A stretch of DNA of 64,000 nt from Kiritimatiellia bacterium (lineage in GTDB: Bacteria > Verrucomicrobiota > Kiritimatiellia > CAIVKH01), in contig JAOSKE010000003.1 in NCBI GenBank assembly GCA_027493775.1, forward strand, positions 618,845 through 682,844, written 5' to 3'. Under the pieces are notes generated by a model. That model worked only from the letters and a program-made list of their open reading frames with translations. It did no database searches and had not been told where the DNA came from. Shown here piece after piece: positions 44,999 through 53,043 of the stretch (its first letter is position 1; the number at the start of each line of letters is the position of its first letter). A program made the translations under genes and the position numbers.

Positions 44999-46150
44999 AT
45001 GACGAAACCAGGCCCCAAACGTTCGTTGCGCGGCGGACAGCGGTATCCGCGCACGTTGCGTCCGACATCGGCTGCCGAACCAAAGAAGGCGCTGGCCGTT
45101 CGCGATACGACAAACCAGCGGAAGCTGGAGCACATTAAGATTATTAGTGAGGATGAGGGGACGGATCGCCGCAAATACTATTTTGATCAAATCCGACTTC
45201 GCCATCGGGCGCTACCGGAGATCAACTTGGAGGAAGTGGAAACCTCCGTCGAGTTTATGGGCAAGCGGCTTGCGTGTCCGTTGCTGATCTCCGGGATGAC
45301 GGGCGGAGACGATCCGGCGATGGTGCGGATCAATCAAAACCTCGCGGAGGCGGCGGAGCTTCGGCAGGTCGCAATGAGCGTCGGTTCACAGCGCGTGTTC
45401 TTCACCAACCCGAAGGCGCGGGCGAGTTTTGCACTGCGCGAGATTGCTTCGACCACTCTGCTGTTCGCAAATCTCGGCGCGGTACAACTGAACAAGGGCT
45501 TTGGAATCGAAGAGTGTCGCGACGCGGTGAACATGCTCGACGCAGATGCGCTGTATCTCCATCTGAATCCACTGCAAGAAGCGGTGCAGCCGGAGGGCGA
45601 CACGCAGTTTGGCGGGCTGATCGAAAAAATCGGTGGAATTTCATGGGCGTTGAATAAGCCGGTAATTTTGAAGGAGGTCGGCGCGGGAATTTCTCGCGAG
45701 GATGTGAAGTTGGCGATTCCGCGCGGGATTCGCTTTATTGATGTCGCGGGAAGCGGTGGCACGTCGTGGAGCAGAATCGAGCATCATCGCCGGGCGGACG
45801 ACGACAACGACGACGCGGGTCTGCTCTTTCAAGACTGGGGCATCCCCACCCCACGCGCACTTTGGGAGCTTCGCGATTTGCGTTCGGAAGTAACGTTAAT
45901 TGCATCGGGTGGAATCCGCTCGGGTATTGATGTGGCGAAGGCGCTGATTCTCGGCGCATCGCTTTGCGGGCTGGCCGCTCCATTTTTGAAGCCCGCGCAG
46001 GAGTCTGCGGACGCGGTGATGGCAGTGATTGACCGCCTGCGTCACGAATTGAGAATCGCAATGTTTCTGCTGGGTGTTCGGCGCGTGGCCGATCTGATCG
46101 GAAACACAAAGTTGCTGCTCGATCTCCCCTTCGCTGAGAACGCGCCATGA
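44999..46150 (+). CDS. fni: Isopentenyl-diphosphate delta-isomerase, type 2 (FMN-dependent)
   Basis: IDI-2 motifs (HIKIISEDEG..., LISGMTGG, GIRFIDVAGSGGTSW, ASGGIRSG). Confidence 0.85.
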   Translation: MTKPGPKRSLRGGQRYPRTLRPTSAAEPKKALAVRDTTNQRKLEHIKIISEDEGTDRRKYYFDQIRLRHRALPEINLEEVETSVEFMGKRLACPLLISGMTGGDDPAMVRINQNLAEAAELRQVAMSVGSQRVFFTNPKARASFALREIASTTLLFANLGAVQLNKGFGIEECRDAVNMLDADALYLHLNPLQEAVQPEGDTQFGGLIEKIGGISWALNKPVILKEVGAGISREDVKLAIPRGIRFIDVAGSGGTSWSRIEHHRRADDDNDDAGLLFQDWGIPTPRALWELRDLRSEVTLIASGGIRSGIDVAKALILGASLCGLAAPFLKPAQESADAVMAVIDRLRHELRIAMFLLGVRRVADLIGNTKLLLDLPFAENAP

Positions 46151-47316
46151 ACGTCGGTATAGACGCGATTCATTTCTATTCGTCGAACTACTTTATGGAC
46201 CTCCGCACGCTCGCGGGCGTGCGGAATGTGGACCCCGACAAGTACACGGTCGGCATCGGCCAAGAGAAAATGGCCATTCCTCCGCCGGACGAGGACATCA
46301 TCACGATGGCCGCAAGCGCGGCGCATCCGCTGATCGAGCGCGACGGGAAGGACAACATTGAGCTGTTGTTATTTGCCACGGAGTCGGGGATTGACCAATC
46401 GAAGGCGGGCGGAATTTTCGTACACGGCCTGTTGGACCTGCCCGCGCGTTGCCGTGTCGTGGAATTGAAAGAGGCCTGCTACAGCGGCACCGCCGCGTTG
46501 CAACTGGCCTGTTCCGCAGTGGCGCGCAATCCGAAGACGCGCGCGTTGGTCATCGCTGCAGATGTTGCGCGGTATGAACTGGCGAGTCCGGGCGAGCCGA
46601 CGCAGGGCTGCGGCGCGGTGGCCATGCTGGTGACCGCGAACCCGCGCATCCTGGCGATTGACCCCGAGGTTGGACTCTTCACGTCTGACGTGATGGATTT
46701 CTGGCGGCCAAACTATCGCGATCAGGCGGTGGTGGACGGCAAGTATTCGACGCGCGTTTATTTGCAGGCGCTACAAGACTGCTGGAAACAGTATTGCGAA
46801 GAATCGGGCCGAGGCTTCTCTGACATCCATCGCTTTTGCTACCACCTCCCCTTCACGCGCATCGCGGAAAAGGCGCACGAGCGACTGGCGCGGGCGAGTG
46901 GCGTGACGGTGACGCCGGAGCAGATCGCACAGCAAGTGGGCATCTCGCTGGATTACAACAAAATCATGGGGAACAGCTATGCCGCATCGCTCTACGTTGG
47001 CTTATGCTGCTTGTTGGACAACGAGATGGAAGACCTTTCGGCAAAGCGCATCGGCCTTTTCAGCTACGGTTCGGGGTGCGTTGCGGAATACTTCAGCGGC
47101 GTAGTCCAGTCGGGTTATCGCGACCGCCTTTTGACGGACTCGCACCACGTATTGCTGGAAAATCGAACGGAACTGACATATCGGCAATACGAGGATATCT
47201 ACAATCTAGCCTTTCCAACGGATGGCGGAGGGCATACCTTCTCTCGGTATCGCACGGGGGGCTATCGCCTTGCAGGGGTGAAGGACCACAAGCGACTTTA
47301 CGAAGCAGTATTATGA
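46147..47316 (+). CDS. mvaS: HMG-CoA synthase
   Basis: Thiolase-fold with catalytic Cys EACYSGT and bacterial MvaS-like length. ATGA overlaps with neighbours. Confidence 0.9.
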   Translation: MNVGIDAIHFYSSNYFMDLRTLAGVRNVDPDKYTVGIGQEKMAIPPPDEDIITMAASAAHPLIERDGKDNIELLLFATESGIDQSKAGGIFVHGLLDLPARCRVVELKEACYSGTAALQLACSAVARNPKTRALVIAADVARYELASPGEPTQGCGAVAMLVTANPRILAIDPEVGLFTSDVMDFWRPNYRDQAVVDGKYSTRVYLQALQDCWKQYCEESGRGFSDIHRFCYHLPFTRIAEKAHERLARASGVTVTPEQIAQQVGISLDYNKIMGNSYAASLYVGLCCLLDNEMEDLSAKRIGLFSYGSGCVAEYFSGVVQSGYRDRLLTDSHHVLLENRTELTYRQYEDIYNLAFPTDGGGHTFSRYRTGGYRLAGVKDHKRLYEAVL

Positions 47317-48317
47317 TCGCAATTGCGCCGGGAAAATTGATTTTGAGTGGGGAGCACGCGGTGGTCTATGGCCGCCCCGCGCTCGCAATGGCTATTGATC
47401 GCTGTGCGCAGTCCATCATCGCGCCCGGACAGGCTGACCTGGTTTCGTTCAATCTGCTCGACTTGAAGGAGCACGATTCCTTCACCCTTCGCGCACTCGG
47501 CGAGATGCACTCGCGCCTGCTGCGGAACTACCAACTCTTCCTCAACGGCGAACTCGGCATCCGCGACGTGCTGCACAAACCAATCGAGCTGTTTGAATTC
47601 GCGTTCATCACATTGCTTGACGGCTTGCGCCTCAAGTTCGGTGGCGGCATTGATATTCAAACGCAATCCAACATTCCCATCGGCTGTGGAATGGGTTCGT
47701 CAGCGGCGACGGTGTTGAGCATGCTCCGCGCCATCGGCCACTACTTCCGTGTGGAGTTTCGGCCCGATTGGTTTCTGAAATACAGCATGGATGCAGAGAA
47801 GCTGCAACACGGTTTCCCCAGCGGCGTGGATTCTTATATTTCGCTGCACGGCGGCTGCGCATTGTTTCGCAACGGCGAGGCCGAATCGGTTCCCCTCCCC
47901 CGCCTTCGCCTCTACTTGGTGAACACGGGGACACCGACCGCGACAACGGGCGAATGCGTTGTTGAGGTGAAGAACAATTTTGCGAACGATCCGATTTGGA
48001 ACGACTTCGAGGCTGTGACGCTGGAACTTGAAAAGGCGCTGCGCGCGAACGACCACGAGACCTTCCAACAAATGATCGGAGCGAATCAGCGCCTTCTTGA
48101 ACGTATCGGCGTCGTGCCTGAAAAAGTGCAGCATTTTGCCAAAATGATTGAGGCGACGGGTGGCGCGGCGAAAATTTGCGGCGCGGGTTCCGTGCTCGGC
48201 GATAACGGCGGGCTGCTCCTCGTCATTGCGGAAAACCCGCCCGTTGAGCTTTGCCGCGAATACGGCTACGAGCTGCTTACCGTCCGCGGCGACCCCCTCG
48301 GCGCGCGAATCGTCTAA
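47313..48317 (+). CDS. mvk: Mevalonate kinase (GHMP kinase)
   Basis: APGKLILSGEHAVVYG and GHMP motif GCGMGSSAA. Confidence 0.85.
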   Translation: MIAIAPGKLILSGEHAVVYGRPALAMAIDRCAQSIIAPGQADLVSFNLLDLKEHDSFTLRALGEMHSRLLRNYQLFLNGELGIRDVLHKPIELFEFAFITLLDGLRLKFGGGIDIQTQSNIPIGCGMGSSAATVLSMLRAIGHYFRVEFRPDWFLKYSMDAEKLQHGFPSGVDSYISLHGGCALFRNGEAESVPLPRLRLYLVNTGTPTATTGECVVEVKNNFANDPIWNDFEAVTLELEKALRANDHETFQQMIGANQRLLERIGVVPEKVQHFAKMIEATGGAAKICGAGSVLGDNGGLLLVIAENPPVELCREYGYELLTVRGDPLGARIV

Positions 48318-48332
48318 CGCGCTCGGGCGACA

Positions 48333-49262
48333 ATGCCTTCCGATCCGATCATCGCATCCGCGCCCGGCAGTCTGATGTTGCTTGGCGAACACGCTGTCTT
48401 GCACGGACGCCGCGCATTGGTTGCGGCGATCAATCAACGCCTGCGCGTGACGCTGATTCCGCGAACCGATTCCAAGGTTGAAATAGAATCCGCTCTCGCA
48501 CACCACGCGACAACCTTGGAACAACTCACTCCGCACCCGCAACTGCGCTTCATCATGGAAGCGGTAACCCGCGCACGGGCCAATTTTTCGTCCGGATTCA
48601 CACTGCAAATTGCGTCCGATTTTTCGCACACCATCGGCTTCGGCTCCTCCGCAGCAGTGACCGTGGCAACGGTTGCGGTGTTACAAAAATACTACGCGAA
48701 TAATTTTTATCTCGATGCGATTTGCGACGAAGCCATCGCAGTCATTCGCGCAGTTCAAGGTCGAGGCTCCGGCGCAGACGTCGCTGCGAGTACGTATGGC
48801 GGTGTCGTAGCCTATCGCGCCACCCCGCGCGAAGCGCTCAAACTCGACACACCTCTTACACTTTGCGCCGTGTACGCAGGATACAAGACCCCCACGCCCG
48901 AAGTAATTCGGCGCGTGGATGAGATGTGGAGCGGGAGGCAGGCGGCGCTCGCAATAATTTATGGCCAAATGGATACATGCAGCGCCGAAGGAATCGCCGC
49001 GTTGGAGAAAAACGACCACGCCGAGTTTGGGCGGGTACTAAATCGCGGCCAACGATTGATGGAAGAGTTGGGTGTGAATACGCCTGAGCTGGAACAAATC
49101 ATCCGCGCGCTACGCGCAGACGCTGGAATTTCCGGTGCAAAAATTTCGGGATCGGGAATGGGCGATTGCGCAATTGGATTAGGTGAACTGAAGAAGGCCC
49201 TTGAGGGTTTTGATCCGATTCAGATCAGGACATCGCCAAACGGCGTGAGTATAAGCCCATAA
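48333..49262 (+). CDS. GHMP kinase, probable phosphomevalonate kinase
   Basis: APGSLMLLGEHAVLHG; GFGSSAA; C-terminal SGSGMGDCAIGL, resembling PMK SGAGGGDCG. Confidence 0.65.
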   Translation: MPSDPIIASAPGSLMLLGEHAVLHGRRALVAAINQRLRVTLIPRTDSKVEIESALAHHATTLEQLTPHPQLRFIMEAVTRARANFSSGFTLQIASDFSHTIGFGSSAAVTVATVAVLQKYYANNFYLDAICDEAIAVIRAVQGRGSGADVAASTYGGVVAYRATPREALKLDTPLTLCAVYAGYKTPTPEVIRRVDEMWSGRQAALAIIYGQMDTCSAEGIAALEKNDHAEFGRVLNRGQRLMEELGVNTPELEQIIRALRADAGISGAKISGSGMGDCAIGLGELKKALEGFDPIQIRTSPNGVSISP

Positions 49263-49291
49263 TCGGGGCGAATCCTCTTCAACTGTGTGAA

Positions 49292-50063
49292 GGTAGGGCC
49301 CGACCGCTGGGCGGGCCGGCACGTTCACGATGAACCCACACGCAACAAATTGGGGCATTCCCCTTCGGTTGCAATCCCGACATCTCACGCGGTGCGCCTG
49401 GCAGTCGCGCCCTACCAACCACAGTGAAATCGTGAAGCACACAACAATTCCCCTTCCGCGTACTTCCGCGCATTTCCGTGGTTAAAACCCTTAATCTCGC
49501 CCCGCGGTCAACGCCCGCGGCTACAGAGAATAACTATCAATTGTGATTTAGGTAGGGCCCGACCGCTGGGCGGGCCGGAACCTTTGCGACAAATCACACA
49601 CGCACCCAAATTGAGGTATTCCCTTCGGTTGCAATCCCGACATCTCACGCGGCGCGCCTGGCAGTCGCGCCCTACCAACCACAGTGAAATCGTGAAGCAC
49701 ACAACAATTCCCCTTCCGCGTACTTCCGCGCATTTCCGTGGTTAAAACTCTTAATCTCGCCCCGCGGTCAACGCCCGCGGCTACAGAGAATAACTATCAA
49801 TTGTGATTTAGGTAGGGCCCGACCGCTGGGCGGGCCGGAACCTTTGCGACAAATCACACACGCACCCAAATTGAGGCATTCCCCTTCGGTTGCAATCCCG
49901 ACATCCCCCGCGGCGCGCCTGGCAGTCGCGCCCTACCAACCACAGTGAAATCGTGAAGCACACAACAATTCCCTTTCCGCGTTCTTCCGCGCTTTCCGTG
50001 GTTAAAAACCCTTCACGTCATACGCTAAGCGTTTTGTGTCTTTTGTGCCTTTTGTGGTTAAAT
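49292..50063. repeat. Mosaic hairpin repeat locus R3: three tandem units (259, 260, ~253 bp) ending in the conserved terminal segment
   Basis: Units begin at ggtagggcccgacc (49292, 49551, 49811). Units 1-2 are ~97% identical. The core cacagtgaaatcgtgaagcacacaacaattcccctt ccgcgtacttccgcgcatttccgtggttaaaac is conserved with R2. Confidence 0.9.
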
Positions 50064-50110
50064 TTTCCCCACCCTCTTGCGGCCGTGCTACGACCGCTTC
50101 TGTAAGAAAG

Positions 50111-51791
50111 CTATTTCTTCCCTACCTTCGCCCATGCGTCTTTGAGGGTCACAGTGCGACTGAAGGCGGGTCTGCCCGGAGCCGAGTCAATGGCGTCTGC
50201 GACAAAATAACCCAGGCGCTCGAACTGGAACTGTTCCCCCGGCTTCGCCTCTGCGAGGGAAGGCTCTAAGAACGCGGTGACCGTCTTTAGCGAATCGGGA
50301 TTTAGCAATTCCGTGAAGTCCTTGCCCTCCTCCGCGTCTGGCTGCTCAACCGTGAATAGCCGGTCATAGAGGCGCGTCTCCGCTTTATGCGTGGAGGCGG
50401 CGGGCACCCAGTGAATGGTGCCTTTGACCTTGATCTGCGCTTCCGGCGGGGTCCCAGCGGCAGGTAATTCCCGACACGGTTCCATCGTCATTTTTTTCGA
50501 CACCGGTGCAGGTGAGAAAACCAGCATAGCGAATACGAACAGTTTTGCCGGGTGAGAGACGAAAATACTTTGGCGGCGGCACTTCCATAAAGTCGTCGCG
50601 CTCGATAAACAGTTTTGCGCCGAACGGAATTTGACGCGCACCAGCGGAGGGGTCTTCCGGGTTGTTCGTCGCCTCGACGCTCGTCGGAAGGTCACCTGCA
50701 TTTTCTATTGTAACAGGAAGGGGCTGAAGCACCGCCATACGGCGCTGTGCGGTCTTGTTTAGCGCCTGTCGGATGCAATACTCCAACAATGCGACATCGG
50801 TTAAACTCTCGTATTTCGTGATTCCGATTTCTTCGCAGAACGCGCGGATGGCCTCGGGCGGCACTCCACGACGGCGCAGGCCGGAGATCGTCGGCATACG
50901 TGGGTCGTCCCAACCGTTCACGAGTTTCTTCTGCACCAATTCGAGCAATTTTCGTTTGCTCATCACGGTGTAGGTCAGATTCAGCCGGGCAAATTCGATT
51001 TGGCGCGGGCGGGTGGTGAGTCCTTCAAGGTGATCCACGACCCAGTCATAGAGCGGGCGATGAACTTCGAACTCGAGCGTGCAGAGGGAGTGCGTGATCC
51101 CTTCGAATGCATCCTCCAGCGGGTGCGCGAAGTCGTACATCGGATAAATACACCAATCGTCGCCGGTCAGATAATGGCGTTCGCGCATAATTCGATACAG
51201 CACAGGGTCACGCAGGTGGATATTCGGCGACGCCATATCAATTTTGGCGCGAAGGCAAAGCGTGCCATCTGGAAATTCGCCTGCGCGCATACGCGCGAAG
51301 AGATCGAGATTTTCTTCGACGCTCCGATTGCGATACGGACTCTCTTTCCCCGGTCGCGTCGGCGCGCCGCGATATTCCTTCCACTCCTCTTGTGTCAACT
51401 CACACACATAGGCGTTGCTTTTTCGGATCAGGTCACGCGCGACTTCGTACATTCGTTCGAAGTAGTGAGAGGAGTAGAAAAAGTGCTCGCCCCAGTCCCA
51501 GCCCAACCAGCGAACATCCTTTTTGATATTCTCGACGTACTCCACCGATTCCTTTGCCGGGTTCGTATCGTCCATTCGCAGATGACAGATTCCGCCAAAC
51601 TCCTGCGCCATTCCGAAATCCAGACAGATCGCCTTCGCGTGTCCGATATGCAAGTACCCATTCGGCTCCGGCGGAAATCGCGTGACCACCTTCCCGCCAT
51701 TTTTGCCGGCCTTCACGTCCTCCGAAATCATTTCGCGGATAAAGTGCATCGGCTTCGGGGATGCCGTTGAATCGTTAGGGCTATCGCTCAT
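50111..51791 (-). CDS. glnS: Glutamine--tRNA ligase. Frameshift near 50450 (G/C run).
   Basis: HIGH motif ([13 protein letters not shown]), KMSKS-region VMSKR, and a C-terminal anticodon-binding domain aligning to E. coli GlnRS (KVKGTIHWV...RLYDRLF). Confidence 0.9.
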
Positions 51792-51928
51792 AATTAAAAC
51801 CTGTAAAAGTCGCGTTGTTTTAGCCCCTACCCCAGTTTAGCGGAAGCAAAATGCGTCCACTCCACGCATCCCGACAATTTGAACGTGACAAGACCCGGTG
51901 TAGAATGGCACAAGGGCCTTATCACATC

Positions 51929-52005
51929 GGGCGTATAGCTCAGTTGGCTAGAGCACTTCCTTGACATGGAAGGGGTCACAGGTTCAAGTCCTGTTACGCC
52001 CACCA
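51929..52005 (+). tRNA. tRNA-Val (anticodon GAC) with encoded CCA
   Basis: Cloverleaf: acceptor gggcgta/tacgccc; D-arm agctcagttggctagagc; anticodon loop ttGACat; T-arm ggttcaagtcc; discriminator A, then CCA. Confidence 0.9.
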
Positions 52006-52017
52006 GCCTTTACCTGC

Positions 52018-52446
52018 TCCAACTATAGCGGCCGCGGCTATAGAAGAAACAGCCAGCTCCCTCTATCTCCATCCCTTTCCGCGTAATTCCGTGGTTCAAA
52101 CTCTTAATCCACTGTAGCCGCCCGCGCTGAGGGCGGTATGTTTACGATTTATCTCGCTGTTCCATATCGGCTTATTATTTCCCTTCGGTCGTGATCCTCA
52201 CAACCTCCGCGGCGCGCCCGACGGTCACGCCCTACCAGTTACGGTCAAATCGTGAACCACACAACAATTTGCATTCTGCGTTCTTCCGCGTAATTCCGTG
52301 GTTCAAACTCTTAATCTCATCCACTGTAGCCGCCCGCGCTGAGGGCGGCATGTTTACGATTTATCTCGCTGTTCCAAATCGAGTTATCATTCCCCTTCGG
52401 TTGTAAATCCCACAACTCACCCCGCGGTCAGCGCCCGCGGCTACAG
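52018..52446. repeat. Mosaic hairpin repeat locus R4, immediately 3' of tRNA-Val: two divergent units with the hairpin-B halves split to the array ends
   Basis: Contains ctgtagccgcccgcgctgagggcgg (x2), ttcccttcggt, ggcgcgcccgacggtcacgccctacc, the core gtgaaccacacaacaatttgcattctgcgttcttccgcgtaattccgtggttcaaac, and terminal ccccgcggtcagcgcccgcggctacag. Confidence 0.85.
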
Positions 52447-53043
52447 GGCAAACAGCTGGGTCGGACGATTAGGTTTAGCGCGAGCCGAAGGTGTCAGTCC
52501 TCACTTTCGGTGGTTTCTGTAACGCAAAGGTCGCAAGGTCCGCAATCGAAGCGAATCGAAATATGCATTAAATGTGCGCAAGGATCGGGAAGATGCATGG
52601 CGCGAAATTAAGCGCACGGGCCAAAATTTCCAAGGGTTGGAAGTCTTGTCCGAAAGGACTTCCAAGGGTTGGAAATTCTCCGCGAACTCATCCCGTGTTG
52701 GCGGGATTTACGCGAATTTGTACAAAATGAGGGCGCGAAATTTTGGCCCGCGCGCAACTTATTGGCAGAGCGCTGATTGCGGTTTTTTATTGGGAAAATC
52801 CCCTGTTAATAACTCGCGCCGAGGCGAAAAACCTTGCTTCGCAACTTGCTATGGTTGAATGAATTGTAGAAAGTTTAAGAAACTTCTTGTCTGCCACAAC
52901 CTGTGGGGGTAGTTGTTAGGCTCCGTTTAGGGATACACCAATACGTTGTGGTTGTAAATCTGAGCGAAACCGCCCTAAACAACGCTGAAAACGGGTCTTA
53001 GGGTCAAATTTATTGTCACTTTCAAGGGAGAAGGAGTCTGCAA

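Noticed and set aside
49179-49733. Several 60-90 aa ORFs on both strands (49179-49442, 49279-49473, 49508-49702, 49548-49733). Also 25126-25347 and 52191-52406.
   Set aside because: They lie wholly inside the tandem repeat arrays and are repeated only because the DNA is repeated. No coding signal.
52450-53043. Cobalamin riboswitch upstream of nrdJ
   Set aside because: I could not find a convincing B12-box or the conserved riboswitch core by eye. Left as an open check, not a call.
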